DNA of 64,000 nucleotides, from the NCBI GenBank assembly GCA_003222085.1, contig QHUK01000017.1, forward strand, positions 65,928 through 129,927, read 5' to 3'. How positions within the stretch are numbered: position 1 is the stretch's first letter; each line of letters starts with the position of its first letter. Source of the DNA: Gemmatimonadota bacterium (GTDB taxonomy: Bacteria; Gemmatimonadota; Gemmatimonadetes; Gemmatimonadales; GWC2-71-9). The notes beneath the pieces were generated by a model, which worked only from the letters and a program-made list of their open reading frames with translations, had not been told where the DNA came from and searched no databases. Position numbers and translations under genes: made by a program. Shown one piece after another: positions 1 through 12,056 of this stretch.

Positions 1-192
1 CTTTTCCGCCCCGATGTTGACGAACGCGGCCTGTATCCCCGGAAGCACGGCCTCGACCGTGCCGAGGTAGATATCGCCCACCATGCGGCGGGCGTCCGGA
101 CGATCCACCAGGAGTTCAACAAGGCGGTCGTCCTCCAGGATCGCGACGCGAGTCTCGCGCGCGGTCCCGCTGATGAGAATTTCCCGTTTCAA
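1..192 (-). CDS. Ribonuclease G/E family, N-terminal fragment (continues beyond window start)
   Basis: Reverse translation from TTG at 192..190 reads (M)KREILISGTARETRVAILEDDRLVELLVDRPDARRMVGDIYLGTVEAVLPGIQAAFVNIGAEK. This is the typical RNase E/G S1-domain N-terminus (vGnIY.G.V..V.PG.QAAFVdiG..K). It is absent from the ORF track because the window edge truncates it. Confidence 0.6.
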   Translation of the reverse strand, partial: MKREILISGTARETRVAILEDDRLVELLVDRPDARRMVGDIYLGTVEAVLPGIQAAFVNIGAEK

Positions 193-425
193 AGCAAGTG
201 CCCTCGACCCCGGTCGGCCAACAGCCGGTCGGGATCCTACGATTGTTCCAGCAGGAACTCATTCCGAGCAGATCGGCTGAGGATGAGCTGAACCGATTGG
301 ACGGGTCGTCCGCCGGCGGCATGGGGATGATGCCGCGAAGCGCGGACAGGCCTGGCATCCAATGCATGCTGTAAATATAAGTGGGCTTGCGACTTAGGTC
401 AACTGCCCCGAGATTTATCAGGCAA

Positions 426-2585
<2,160 letters not shown>

Positions 2586-2599
2586 AGGTTGGTGGAGGT

Positions 2600-3820
2600 T
2601 TAGTCGACTAGATCGCCGAGCAGCTGCCTCGCAATCACGATCCGCTGAATCTCGCTCGTGCCTTCGCCAATCTCGCAGATTTTCGCGTCCCGCATCATTC
2701 GCTCGACGGGGTAGTCCGTCGTATACCCGTAGCCGCCGTGCAGCTGGACGGCCTTGGTGGTGGCGCGCGTGGCGAGCTCGGAAGCGTACAGCTTCGCCAT
2801 CGCCGCCTCCTTCTTGAACGGCTGGCCGTGCTGCTTGAGCCACGCGGCATGATACACGAGGTGCTTGGCCGCCTCGATTTCGGTCGCCATGTCGGCGAGG
2901 GCGAAGTGGACGCCCTGGAAGCTGGCGATCGGCTTGCCGAATTGCCTCCGGGTCGTGGTGTAGCGGAGGCACTCCTCCAGTGCACCCTCGGCGATGCCGA
3001 GGGCGAGCGCCCCCAACCCGATACGTCCGCCGTCGAGCGTATGGAGGAACTGCCGGAAGCCGTTGTTCACGGCCCCGAGCACATTTTCTTTCGGGACAAT
3101 CGCGTCCTGCAGGACCAGCTCCCGCGTGTCCGAGGCGCGCCAGCCGAGCTTGTCCTCCTTCTTCGCGGCCACGACGCCGCGGCACTTGGGGAGCGAGGCG
3201 TCGTGGCCCACGCCGACCCGTTTCGCTTCCTCGAGATCGGTCGTGTCCTTGGTCACGATGAACGCCGTTATGCCGCGGGTCTTCTTGGCAGCGGGATCGG
3301 TGCGGGCCGTCACGACGAAGATCTCCCCGACTCCGGCATGCGTAATGAAGATCTTCGAGCCATTGAGGAGATAGTGGTCGCCCTTCTCCTCCGCCACCGT
3401 GCTCGTGCCGCCGGCATCCGACCCGGCGCCGGGCTCGGTCAGCCCGAACCCGCCCAGCACCTTTCCCGTGGCAAGCAGCGGCACGTAGCGTTGCTTCTGC
3501 TCCGGCGTGCCGAAGTCCACGATGGGCGACGTGCCGAGCGTGGTGTGAGCGCTCACCGTGATGGCGTGGCTCGCATCGACCTTCGCGAGCTCGTGGATCA
3601 CCAGGATGTAGGAGAGATAGTCCATCCCGGACCCTCCCAGCTCCTCCGGCCACGGGATGCCGAACAGGCCCAGGTCGGCCATCCGCCGCACGTTGTCCCA
3701 CGGGAAGCGGCTCTCGACGTCGTAGCGGCGCGCGCTCGGCTTCACGACCTGCTGCGCGAAGTCGCGCACCATGTCACGCACCTGGAAGTGGTGCTCGGTG
3801 AAGTAGAGGGTGTCGTGCAT
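2600..3820 (-). CDS. Acyl-CoA dehydrogenase
   Basis: 406 aa ORF with ATG at 3820. It resembles ACADs along its full length ([58 protein letters not shown] near the C-terminus). Substrate class cannot be determined by eye. Confidence 0.9.
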   Translation of the reverse strand: MHDTLYFTEHHFQVRDMVRDFAQQVVKPSARRYDVESRFPWDNVRRMADLGLFGIPWPEELGGSGMDYLSYILVIHELAKVDASHAITVSAHTTLGTSPIVDFGTPEQKQRYVPLLATGKVLGGFGLTEPGAGSDAGGTSTVAEEKGDHYLLNGSKIFITHAGVGEIFVVTARTDPAAKKTRGITAFIVTKDTTDLEEAKRVGVGHDASLPKCRGVVAAKKEDKLGWRASDTRELVLQDAIVPKENVLGAVNNGFRQFLHTLDGGRIGLGALALGIAEGALEECLRYTTTRRQFGKPIASFQGVHFALADMATEIEAAKHLVYHAAWLKQHGQPFKKEAAMAKLYASELATRATTKAVQLHGGYGYTTDYPVERMMRDAKICEIGEGTSEIQRIVIARQLLGDLVD

Positions 3821-3917
3821 GGCTGAAATCTAGTCGCACGACCCTACGACGCCACGACGGATAGTTTGACGAGCGACTCCGCCTGGGCGTCGTTGCGACG
3901 TGGCGTCGTGCAACGCC

Positions 3918-6638
3918 TCACCCGGTAGTCCCGAACCCCGCCGCGATGCAGTTGATGGACAAGAGCAGCGCCGCGAGCTGGTCCTCCGGGGGCTTCTCGG
4001 CCGCCGTCGCGCGATAGCGTCGCAGCAGCTCGATCTGCTGGCGGTTCACCTGGTTGAGCGTGGGCAAGCGGCTCGCCAGGCGCTGGCGGAACTGGGGGAA
4101 CCGCTCGGCGAGCTCGGTGCGCCCGGTGAGGCGGTGCACGACGTCCACCGTCCGATGATACTCGTCCGTCACGAGCGTGAAGATCTCCTGGCGTACCCAG
4201 GGGTCGGCCACGAGGTCCGCGTACTGGCGTGCGAGCTCGAGATCGACGTAGGCCAGCGTCTTCTCGGCCTCGTCCACGATCAGCCGGAACAGGCGAAAGT
4301 CGCTGAACATCCGCTGAAGCAGTGTCTCGCCGCGCGCGCCGCGGACCTCGAGGAACGTCCCCACGCCCGTCCCGACCCCGAACCAGCCGGGAATGAAGTG
4401 TCGGTTCTGGGTCCAGGCGAACACCCACGGGATCGCGCGCAGGTCGGCGAGCGTCCGCATGCCGGTGCGACGGGCGGGCCGCGAACCGATGTTCAGGAGC
4501 GCGATCTCCTCCACCGGGCTCGCGGCCTGGAAATAGGTCACGAGGTGCGGATGCTCGACCAGCCGGCGATAGGCGGCATGCGCGGCGCCCGACAACGCTT
4601 CCATCGCTTCGTCGAACTCGGTCGTGGGGACGAGCGCCTGCTCGCGCTCGGACTTGAGGGAGTGCTCGAGCACGCTCGCCGCGAGCAGCTCCGTCTGGTA
4701 GGCGGCGGTGCCGCGATTCGCATACTTGAACGACACGACTTCCCCCTGCTCCGTGAGGCGGAGCCGCCCCTGGATCGAGCCGGCGGGCTGAGCGGCGATG
4801 GCCCGGCCGGTGGGCGCGCCCCCGCGGCTCACCGAGCCACCCCGGCCGTGGAAGAAGGCGATCGGCACGCCGCACTCCCGGCCGAGGCGGGTGAGCCGCA
4901 ACTGGGTCTTGGCGAGCTCCCAGTTCGACGAGAGGAAGCCGCCGTCCTTGTTCGAGTCGGAGTAGCCGATCATCACCTCGAACACGCCGCCCTGCGCGCG
5001 CACGCTCCGGCGCACCAGCGGGACCTGCAGCAGGTCGCGCACGATCTCGGGCGCCCGCCGCAGGTCGTCGATGGACTCGAACAACGGCACGATCGGGAGC
5101 GTACAGCTCTCGACTCCGGCGGCGTCCGCAAACAGGCCGGCTTCTTTGGCGAGCAGATACACGCCCAGGATGTCCGCCACGTCGTGCGTCATGCTCAGGA
5201 TGAAGCTGCCGACTGCTTCGCGGTCGAGGCAGTCGCGCACCTCGTGGATCAACCGGAAGAGATCGACCATCTCCGCGGCTTCCTGCGGCGGCGCCCGCCG
5301 GTCCGGACGCAATGGGCGAGCCAGCTCACCCTGCAGCCAGGCGCGCCATGCGGGCGACGCCGGCGCAGGCGGCTCGCCCGGGCTCCGGCCCCGCGCGAGC
5401 GCGGCCACGGCCGCGTACACGCGCGGCGAGTTGTCGCGGATGTCGAGCCGGAAGGTGCTGAAGCGGAATGCCTCGACCTCCCGACGCACCGGTCGGACGA
5501 GCAGCTCGGCCGCGCGCCCGCCACGTCCCGCCACGAGCCCGGCCTCGAGCGTGCGCAGGTCGCCGATCAGCTCGTCCGCGGTCCGATAGGCCGCCGCCTC
5601 GGGCGCGGGCTCGCGCCGTTCCGCGCTGGTCAGCGCGCCGTCGAGCTTGCCCAGCATGCAGGTCACGAATTGTCGATACACCTCGCCCGGGTTGCGCTCC
5701 CGGATCCGCTCGGCGTCGCCGGAGGCCGCCAGCTCGCGGGCGAGCGCCTCGCGGAACTCGGGCGCGATCGGGGCGGCGCGCTCCGTGAGGCTCAGGGCGC
5801 GCAGCAGATCGCCGACCCGCTGGCGGTAGCGTCGCAGGCTCGCGATGCGGTTGTCGAACAGGGTGCGGCGCGTGACGTCGTTCGTGACGAAGGGATTGCC
5901 GTCCCGGTCACCGCCGATCCACGAGCCGAGCTGGAAGAACGGCGGCACGTCGAAACGGTCCGCCGGATACGCCTGCCGCAGGGCGCGCTCGAGCTTGTCC
6001 ACCAGCTCGGGCACGACCTCGAACAGGTTCTCGTTGACGAAGTACAGGCCCCACGCCAGCTCCTGCCCGACGGTGGGCTTCGCGAGCCGCAGCTCGCCGG
6101 TGAGCCACAGCAGCTCGATCTCGGTTCGCAGGTTCTCGACCAGCGCGTGCCGCTCGCGGGGGGTCCAGCGGGGGGCCTCGAGGTCCACCAACCGACGATA
6201 GATGCGGCGATGTTTTTCGAGCACGCTGACGCGCTTGGCTTCCGTCGGGTGCGCCGTGATGACGGGCCGCACGCGCAGGTTCGCGACCACGGCGCGGACG
6301 TCGTCCGCCGCGATCCCGTCGCGGGCCGCGGCTGTGACCACCTGGGCGAACGTGCCGCGCAGCTGGTCGTACCCTCGCTCGACTTCGCTCTGGCGCCGCT
6401 GCCGCATCGCCGCGTTCTGCTCGGCGATCGACAACAGTTGGAACCACATCCCCTGTGCCGCAATCGCGCGGGCGACGAGCGCGGGCGGTGCCTGCGGGTC
6501 GAGGCGCTCACCCGCGAGCACGCCCTCGATCTCCGGCTGATGCGTCCGGATGACGTCGCGAAGGCAGTCGTGCAGGAGGCCCGCCGTGCGCCTGAGGTAC
6601 TCGGGCGTTGCGACCGGGGTGGAATTCTCGGCGCTCAC
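3918..6638 (-). CDS. ppc: Phosphoenolpyruvate carboxylase
   Basis: 906 aa. Carries the PEPC signatures VITAHPTEAKR, GYSDSNKDGG and FHGRGGSVSRGGAP, plus a C-terminal ...AAGFGTTG. The GTG start at 6638 overlaps the upstream stop as GTGA. Confidence 0.95.
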   Translation of the reverse strand: MSAENSTPVATPEYLRRTAGLLHDCLRDVIRTHQPEIEGVLAGERLDPQAPPALVARAIAAQGMWFQLLSIAEQNAAMRQRRQSEVERGYDQLRGTFAQVVTAAARDGIAADDVRAVVANLRVRPVITAHPTEAKRVSVLEKHRRIYRRLVDLEAPRWTPRERHALVENLRTEIELLWLTGELRLAKPTVGQELAWGLYFVNENLFEVVPELVDKLERALRQAYPADRFDVPPFFQLGSWIGGDRDGNPFVTNDVTRRTLFDNRIASLRRYRQRVGDLLRALSLTERAAPIAPEFREALARELAASGDAERIRERNPGEVYRQFVTCMLGKLDGALTSAERREPAPEAAAYRTADELIGDLRTLEAGLVAGRGGRAAELLVRPVRREVEAFRFSTFRLDIRDNSPRVYAAVAALARGRSPGEPPAPASPAWRAWLQGELARPLRPDRRAPPQEAAEMVDLFRLIHEVRDCLDREAVGSFILSMTHDVADILGVYLLAKEAGLFADAAGVESCTLPIVPLFESIDDLRRAPEIVRDLLQVPLVRRSVRAQGGVFEVMIGYSDSNKDGGFLSSNWELAKTQLRLTRLGRECGVPIAFFHGRGGSVSRGGAPTGRAIAAQPAGSIQGRLRLTEQGEVVSFKYANRGTAAYQTELLAASVLEHSLKSEREQALVPTTEFDEAMEALSGAAHAAYRRLVEHPHLVTYFQAASPVEEIALLNIGSRPARRTGMRTLADLRAIPWVFAWTQNRHFIPGWFGVGTGVGTFLEVRGARGETLLQRMFSDFRLFRLIVDEAEKTLAYVDLELARQYADLVADPWVRQEIFTLVTDEYHRTVDVVHRLTGRTELAERFPQFRQRLASRLPTLNQVNRQQIELLRRYRATAAEKPPEDQLAALLLSINCIAAGFGTTG

Positions 6639-7621
6639 GCCACGCGGTCGCGCGGCGGCGCGCCGGCGAAAAACGCCTTGAGGTTCTCGAGGGCGCGCAG
6701 GCCCATGGCGATCCGGGTCTCGTGCGTGGCGCTGCCGAGATGGGGGAGCAGCACGACGTTCTCCATCGTCAGGAGGTCGGGCGTGACGGCGGGCTCGCGC
6801 TCGAACACGTCGAGGCCGGCCCCCGCGATCGTCCCCTGCTTGAGCGCCGCGACCAGCGCGGCTTCGTCCACGATGTCGCCGCGGGCGTTGTTGACGAGGA
6901 ACGCGCCCCGCTTCATGAGGGCGAGCCGGCGGGCGTCGATCAGATGCCGGGTTTCGGGGGTGGCCGGCGAGTGCAACGACACGAAGTCCGCCTCGCGCAG
7001 CACGTCGTCCACGCCGGCCCTCGGCTCCGCGCCCAGCTCCGACACCACCGCCGCTGGCGGCGGGGACGGATCGTGAAAGATGACCCGCATGCCGAAGCCC
7101 GCGCGGGCGCGGTGCGCCACCGCCCGGCCGATCCGCCCGAGCCCGATCAGACCCAATGTCTTGCCGGTGACGCGGGTGCCGAGCATGTGAGTGGGCCGCC
7201 AGCCGGTCCAGGCCCCGGAGCGCACGTGGCGCTCCCCTTCGCCGCCCCGGCGGGCCACCATGAGCAGCAGCATCAGGGCGTCGTCGGCCGTGTCGTCGGT
7301 GAGCACGTCGGGTGTGTTCGTGACCACGAGGCCGCGCGCCTTCGCGCTGACCGTGTCGATGTGGTTGAAGCCGACGCCGTAGTTGGCGAGGATTCGGGCC
7401 CGCAACGGCTCCACCGCCAGCACCTGTGCCGTGAGCCGGTCGGTGACCGTGGGGAGGAGGCCGTCCGCGGCGCGGAGCGCGTCCGCGAGCTCGACCGCGC
7501 TCAACGGATGGTCATCCGCGTTCAGGCGCGCGTCGAACTCCCGCGCCAGCTGCTCCTCCACCGGGCGGGGGAGCCGCCGCGTGACGACAACCACCGGGCG
7601 GCCGGACCGCCCCGCGCTCAC
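6635..7621 (-). CDS. D-isomer-specific 2-hydroxyacid dehydrogenase, probable hydroxypyruvate/glyoxylate reductase
   Basis: 328 aa. NAD-binding GLIGLGRIGRAVA, and catalytic-region motifs NNARGDIVDE and LLPHLGSAT. The hydroxypyruvate reductase role is inferred only from its position in the sga-mcl-mtkAB-ppc operon. GTGA overlaps occur at both ends. Confidence 0.75.
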   Translation of the reverse strand: MSAGRSGRPVVVVTRRLPRPVEEQLAREFDARLNADDHPLSAVELADALRAADGLLPTVTDRLTAQVLAVEPLRARILANYGVGFNHIDTVSAKARGLVVTNTPDVLTDDTADDALMLLLMVARRGGEGERHVRSGAWTGWRPTHMLGTRVTGKTLGLIGLGRIGRAVAHRARAGFGMRVIFHDPSPPPAAVVSELGAEPRAGVDDVLREADFVSLHSPATPETRHLIDARRLALMKRGAFLVNNARGDIVDEAALVAALKQGTIAGAGLDVFEREPAVTPDLLTMENVVLLPHLGSATHETRIAMGLRALENLKAFFAGAPPRDRVA

Positions 7622-8532
7622 CGCTGCACCATCACCGGCCGCGACGGCTGCTGGCGGAGCGCGTGGACGACGGTGACCCCGAGCTCGGCGGGGCTCGGCG
7701 CCACCATCAGGCCGGCAGACCGCATGATCTCCGCCTTCTCCGCCGCCGTGTCCCCGAACGCCGAAATGATCGCTCCGGCGTGCCCCATGCGGCGGCCCTT
7801 GGGCGCGGTGAGACCCGCCACGTAGCCGATGACCGGCTTCGTCATCTGCTCCTTCACAAACAGCGCCGCATCCGCTTCCTGGGGACCGCCGATCTCCCCG
7901 ATCATCATCACCGCCTCGGTCTCCCGGTCCTGCTCGAACAGCGCCAGGATGTCGACGAACGAGCTGCCGTTGATCGGGTCGCCCCCGATGCCCACGCTGG
8001 TCGTGATCCCGACGCCGAGCGCCTGCAGTTGCGCCGCCGCCTCATAGCCGAGCGTGCCCGACCGCGTGACGACGCCGACCGGCCCGCGCGTGTAAATGTG
8101 GCCCGGCATGATGCCCATCATGGCCCGGCCCGCGCTGATCATGCCGGCGCAGTTGGGTCCGATGAGGGTGGTGCGGCGCTCCTTGGCGTACCGCCACAAG
8201 TACCGCTTCACCCGCATCATGTCCTGCGCGGGAACGCCGTCCGTGATGGTCACGACCAGCCGAATACCGGCGTCCGCCGCCTCCATGATGGCGTCGGCGC
8301 AGAACGGCGCGGGGACGAGAATCAGGCTCGCCGCAGCGCCCGTGTTCGCCACCGCCTCCTTGACGGTGTTGAACACCGGGCGGTCCAGGTGCGTGGTGCC
8401 GCCCTTTCCCGGCGTGACGCCACCCACGACGTTCGTGCCGTAGGCGATCATCTCCCTGGTGTGGAAGGTGCCTTTGTCGCCGGTGAAGCCCTGGACGATG
8501 ACGCGGGTCTTCTCGTCGAGCAGGATGCTCAT
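7618..8532 (-). CDS. mtkB: Malate--CoA ligase (malate thiokinase) alpha subunit, SucD-like
   Basis: 304 aa with a succinyl-CoA-synthetase alpha fold ([14 protein letters not shown], phosphohistidine loop MGHAGAIIS). Called mtkB rather than sucD because of operon context and the MtkA-like partner. Confidence 0.7.
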   Translation of the reverse strand: MSILLDEKTRVIVQGFTGDKGTFHTREMIAYGTNVVGGVTPGKGGTTHLDRPVFNTVKEAVANTGAAASLILVPAPFCADAIMEAADAGIRLVVTITDGVPAQDMMRVKRYLWRYAKERRTTLIGPNCAGMISAGRAMMGIMPGHIYTRGPVGVVTRSGTLGYEAAAQLQALGVGITTSVGIGGDPINGSSFVDILALFEQDRETEAVMMIGEIGGPQEADAALFVKEQMTKPVIGYVAGLTAPKGRRMGHAGAIISAFGDTAAEKAEIMRSAGLMVAPSPAELGVTVVHALRQQPSRPVMVQR

Positions 8533-9704
8533 GCCGCCCTCACGCGGTCGCGGGCCGCGACCACCCGCTCGGCTGCCTCCGAGAGGGTGTCGGCCGTGAG
8601 AATCGGGAGGCCGCTGTCCGCGAGGATGCGGCGGCCCTCCTCGACGTTCGTGCCCGCGAGCCGGACGACCAGCGGAACCGCCACCTGCACCTCGCGCACG
8701 GCCTGGACGACGCCCCGCGCCACCCAGTCGCAGCGGTTGATCCCCGCGAACACGTTCACGAGGATGGCACGCACCTTCTTGTCGGAGAGCACCAGGCGGA
8801 ACGCCGCCGTCACGCGATCGGGGCTCGCCCCGCCGCCGATGTCCAGGAAGTTCGCGGGCTCGCCGCCGGCGTGCTTGATCATGTCCATGGTGGCCATGGC
8901 GAGGCCGGCCCCGTTGATGATGCAGCCGATGTCCCCGTCCAGGGCCACGTAGTTGAGCCCGTGCTCGGCGGCCTCCGCTTCGCGGGGGTCCTCCTGGGCG
9001 TAGTCACGCAGCTCGGCGACGTTGGGCCGCCGGAACATCGCGTTATCGTCGAAGCTCATCTTCACGTCGAGCGCGAGCACCTGGCCGGTCTGGGTCACGA
9101 CGAGCGGATTGATCTCGACCATCGTGGCGTCGAGCTCGCGGAAGGCGCGGTAGGCGCCGAGGATCGCCGTCACGGCCTGGCTCACCTGGGAAGGGGCGAG
9201 ACCCAGCCCGAACGCCAGCTCCCGCGCCTGGAACCCCTGCATCCCGACCGCCGGCTCCACGTCCTCGCGCAAGATCGCCGCCGGCTCCCGCTGCGCGATT
9301 TCTTCGATCTCCATGCCGCCGTGCGGATGCGCCACGACCACGATCCGCTCGCGCTTGCGGTCGAGCACCAGTCCCACGTACAGCTCCCGCTCGATCGGGA
9401 GCGCTTGTTCGACCAGCAGGCGATGTACCGGAAGACCCTCAGGACCGGTCTGAACGGTCACGAGCGTCTTACCCAGCAGGTCCTTTGCCGCCTGGCGGAC
9501 GTCCGCGTCGGTCGTGCACACCTTCACGCCTCCGGCCCTGCCGCGGGCGCCCGAGTGGATCTGCGCCTTCACGACCCAGCGCGTGCCGCCCACTTCGGTC
9601 GCCCGGTAGACGGCCTGCTCGGCGCTGTAGGCGACGCCGCCCTTCGGCACGGGGACGCCGAAGCCCGACAACAGCTCCTTGGCCTGGTACTCGTGGATGT
9701 CCAC
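8529..9704 (-). CDS. mtkA: Malate--CoA ligase (malate thiokinase) beta subunit, SucC-like
   Basis: The real start is GTG at 9704 ([12 protein letters not shown]...). The 524-aa track ORF carries a spurious Arg/Gly/Pro-rich extension that overlaps mcl. ATP-grasp N-terminus. The C-terminal GGGASPDRV...[17 protein letters not shown] matches what I recall of Methylobacterium MtkA (FAGINRCDW) rather than SucC (FGGIvRCD). Confidence 0.75.
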   Translation of the reverse strand: MDIHEYQAKELLSGFGVPVPKGGVAYSAEQAVYRATEVGGTRWVVKAQIHSGARGRAGGVKVCTTDADVRQAAKDLLGKTLVTVQTGPEGLPVHRLLVEQALPIERELYVGLVLDRKRERIVVVAHPHGGMEIEEIAQREPAAILREDVEPAVGMQGFQARELAFGLGLAPSQVSQAVTAILGAYRAFRELDATMVEINPLVVTQTGQVLALDVKMSFDDNAMFRRPNVAELRDYAQEDPREAEAAEHGLNYVALDGDIGCIINGAGLAMATMDMIKHAGGEPANFLDIGGGASPDRVTAAFRLVLSDKKVRAILVNVFAGINRCDWVARGVVQAVREVQVAVPLVVRLAGTNVEEGRRILADSGLPILTADTLSEAAERVVAARDRVRAA

Positions 9705-9706
9705 GG

Positions 9707-10681
9707 TTACCCGCGCGTCGGGGCCAGCGTCGGCGCGCCGGCCGTCCGGGCCGCGATGGCGGCAGCGATCTCGACGATGTTCTGCGCCATACGGGCCGAG
9801 GCGGCGTCGATCATGCGGCCGTCCAGCTGGGCGGCGCCGCGGCCGGCGCGTGCCGCCTCGTCGAGCGCGAGCAGGATGCGGCGGGCGCGCTCTACCTCCG
9901 CCGGAGGGGGTGTGAACACCTCGTTGGCGAGCGCAAGCTGGGAAGGATGAATGGCCCATTTGCCTTCGTAGCCGAGCGCCGCCGCGCGGCGGGCCGCTGC
10001 GCGAAACCCGTCCGGGTCCTTGAAGTCGCCATACGGGCCATCGATCGCGCGCAGCCCGTAGGCGCGACACGCCGTGACCATGCGGACGAGCGCGGCGTGC
10101 CATTGGTCGCCGGGGTAGTCGGGATTCAGACCTCCGATGCTCACGGTGCGGGCGTGCAGGCTCGCGGCAAAGTCGGCGACGCCGAAGTGCATCGCCTCGA
10201 GGCGCCGGCTCGCCTGGGCGATCGCCTCGACGTTCGCCATCCCCAGAGCCGTCTCGATCAGCACCTCGATGCCGATGCGATGCGGGATGCGGCGGGCGGT
10301 TTCGATCTGCGTGAGCAGGGCGTCCACGAGATAGACGTCCGCGGGGACGCCGACTTTCGGCACCAGGACGGTGTCCAGCTTGTGCCCCGCTTGCTCCACC
10401 ACGTCCACCACGTCCCGATACATGTAGTGCGTATCGATGCCGTTGACGCGCACCGAGACCGTCTTGCCGCGAGCCTTCCAGTCGAAGTCGAGCAGTCCCG
10501 CGACGACGTGCGTGCGGGCTGGCTCCTTGTCGGCGGGCGCGACGGCGTCTTCGAGGTCGAGAAAGACATAGTCCGCCGCGCCGTCGAGCGCCTTCTGGAA
10601 CAGCACCGGCTGCGAGCCGGGGACGGCGAGCTCGCTGCGCTGGAGCCGCGGGTGCGCCGGCTCGTAGCGGGTGAGGCTCAT
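9707..10681 (-). CDS. mcl: L-malyl-CoA/beta-methylmalyl-CoA lyase (HpcH/CitE fold)
   Basis: ATG at 10681 ([23 protein letters not shown]...). Contains [50 protein letters not shown]. Close resemblance to serine-cycle malyl-CoA lyase. ATGA overlap with the sga stop. Confidence 0.8.
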   Translation of the reverse strand: MSLTRYEPAHPRLQRSELAVPGSQPVLFQKALDGAADYVFLDLEDAVAPADKEPARTHVVAGLLDFDWKARGKTVSVRVNGIDTHYMYRDVVDVVEQAGHKLDTVLVPKVGVPADVYLVDALLTQIETARRIPHRIGIEVLIETALGMANVEAIAQASRRLEAMHFGVADFAASLHARTVSIGGLNPDYPGDQWHAALVRMVTACRAYGLRAIDGPYGDFKDPDGFRAAARRAAALGYEGKWAIHPSQLALANEVFTPPPAEVERARRILLALDEAARAGRGAAQLDGRMIDAASARMAQNIVEIAAAIAARTAGAPTLAPTRG

Positions 10682-11931
10682 GCCCTCACGGGAGCCCGCG
10701 AGGAAGGCGAGGGGGGCAAGGAAGGCGACTGGGCCTGCGCGGCGCGCGGCGCGACCGGGGCGGCGGTGCTGCGGTAGTGCTCGGCGGCCGCGGCCACGCC
10801 GGCACCGGGCGTCACCGGGAGGCCGACGTCGCGCATCGCCATCTCCGCGCCCGCGAGGGCGCCGAGCAGCATGAGCTCGTTCAGGTCCCCGAGGTGGCCG
10901 ATCCGGAACAGCTTCCCCGCCATCCGGGCGAGGCCGGCCCCGAGCGCCAGGTTGTAGCGACGGAACGCCACGTCGATCACGTCGGCCGCGTTCGTGCCCT
11001 CCGGCACCATGATCGCGGTCACGGTGTTGGAGTACCACTTCGGCGCCTTGGCGCAGAGCTTGAGGCCTCCCCCCCACGCCCGGACCGCGGCGCGCACGCC
11101 CTCCGCGAGTCGCTGATGGCGTGCGAAAATGTTGTCCAGCCCTTCCTCGGAGATAATGTCGAGCGACTCGCGCAGCCCGTACAGCATCGGGATGGAGGGT
11201 GTGTACGGGAAATATCCTGTGGCGTTCGCCCTGATCATGTCCCCGAAGTCGAAGAACACGCGCGGGCACTTGGCGTGCTCGCGGGCGGCGAGCGCCTTGG
11301 GGCTGGCGCACACTAGCCCTAGTCCGGCGGGCAGCATCAGTCCCTTTTGCGACCCGGTGATCGCCAGGTCCACGTTCCACTCGTCCATCCGAAAGTCGAT
11401 CGAGCCGATGGAGCTGACCCCGTCCACGTACAGCAGGGCGGGATGCTGTGCCGCGTCGATCGCCTTGCGGACGGCCCCGACGTCGCTCGTCACGCCCGTC
11501 GCCGTCTCGTTGTGGACGATGAGAACCCCCTTGATCTCGTGCTGCTTGTCCTGCGACAGGATCTCCCCGATACGGTCGGCCGGGGCGCCCTCGCCCCATT
11601 CGACGTCGATGATGTCGACGCGCAGGCCGTGACGTTGGGCGAGGTCGATCCACAGGTGGCTGAACTGCCCGTAGCGGGGCGCGAGGATCCGGTCGCCCGG
11701 CGACCGGGTGTTGACGAGCGCCGCTTCCCACCCGCCGGTGCCGGTCGCGGGGAAGAGGAACGCCTGCCCCGTCGTCGTCTTGAATACCGTGCGGAGATCG
11801 CGGAGCAGTCCGGTGGCCAGCTCGGGGAACGCGGAGGAGCGGTGGTCTTCCATCGCGCGGTCCATGGCGCGCAGGATTCGCTCGGGCACGTTGGTCGGGC
11901 CGGGGACGAACAGGAAGTTGCGGCCGGGCAT
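10678..11931 (-). CDS. sga: Serine--glyoxylate aminotransferase (class V aminotransferase)
   Basis: ATG at 11931 ([23 protein letters not shown]...) preceded by GAGGA. Contains [19 protein letters not shown] and [16 protein letters not shown] (PLP Lys). Strongly resembles methylotroph Sga. It carries an unusual Pro/Ser-rich C-terminal tail. Confidence 0.8.
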   Translation of the reverse strand: MPGRNFLFVPGPTNVPERILRAMDRAMEDHRSSAFPELATGLLRDLRTVFKTTTGQAFLFPATGTGGWEAALVNTRSPGDRILAPRYGQFSHLWIDLAQRHGLRVDIIDVEWGEGAPADRIGEILSQDKQHEIKGVLIVHNETATGVTSDVGAVRKAIDAAQHPALLYVDGVSSIGSIDFRMDEWNVDLAITGSQKGLMLPAGLGLVCASPKALAAREHAKCPRVFFDFGDMIRANATGYFPYTPSIPMLYGLRESLDIISEEGLDNIFARHQRLAEGVRAAVRAWGGGLKLCAKAPKWYSNTVTAIMVPEGTNAADVIDVAFRRYNLALGAGLARMAGKLFRIGHLGDLNELMLLGALAGAEMAMRDVGLPVTPGAGVAAAAEHYRSTAAPVAPRAAQAQSPSLPPSPSSRAPVRA

Positions 11932-11952
11932 AACACGCGTCCTCAAGAGAGG

Positions 11953-11986
11953 GGAAAAACAAAGCGAGAACCGCCGGCTCTCGCTT
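11953..11986 (-). terminator. Intrinsic-terminator-like hairpin plus T-tract between recQ-like gene and sga
   Basis: Minus strand reads AAGCGAGA-GCCGGCGGT-TCTCGCTT followed by TGTTTTTCCCC. That is an 8-bp stem, a 9-nt loop and a U-tract. It ends only about 21 nt upstream of the sga ATG. Confidence 0.45.
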
Positions 11987-12056
11987 AAGCTACTCGGGCT
12001 AAGGTATTCGGCGACCCCCGCGCCGCAACCCCACGGTTGGGTAGGGGCGAGCCCGC

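Noticed and set aside
193-425. A possible small RNA, riboswitch or promoter in the 233-nt divergent region between the RNase G/E and peptidase genes
   Set aside because: I see only an AT-richer patch (ctgtaaatataagtg, 370..384) that might hold a -10 element, and a ccggtcgg direct repeat. No convincing conserved structure or hexamer pair can be supported by eye.
3900-7076. 1058-aa plus-strand ORF covering ppc and the dehydrogenase gene
   Set aside because: It is antisense to two genes with unmistakable family signatures. Its translation is low-complexity (Arg/Ala/Gly/Pro/Glu-rich) with no recognisable motifs, as expected of shadow ORFs in very GC-rich DNA.
7618-9704. Reading the SucCD-like pair as ordinary succinyl-CoA synthetase (sucC/sucD)
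   Set aside because: Not fully excluded. Operon context (between mcl and a hydroxypyruvate-reductase-like gene, with sga and ppc) and the FAGINRCDW-type motif favour malate thiokinase. Phylogeny is needed to settle it.
9705-10103. N-terminal 133-aa extension of the mtkA ORF (track ORF 8529..10103), and similar extensions of the mcl (to 11962) and sga (to 12099) ORFs
   Set aside because: The extensions are Arg/Gly/Pro-rich and overlap the well-supported upstream genes. Family-typical N-termini begin at internal starts ([32 protein letters not shown]) with stop/start coupling.
10690-10740. The G-rich stretch aggaaggcga ggggggcaag gaaggcgact at the sga/mcl junction as a fifth decamer-repeat copy
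   Set aside because: It has a 10-nt periodicity and encodes the odd Pro/Ser-rich Sga tail. However, its units (GGAAGGCGA) diverge from the NNGGKGRAGG core and it has no inverted partner. It is too degenerate to call.
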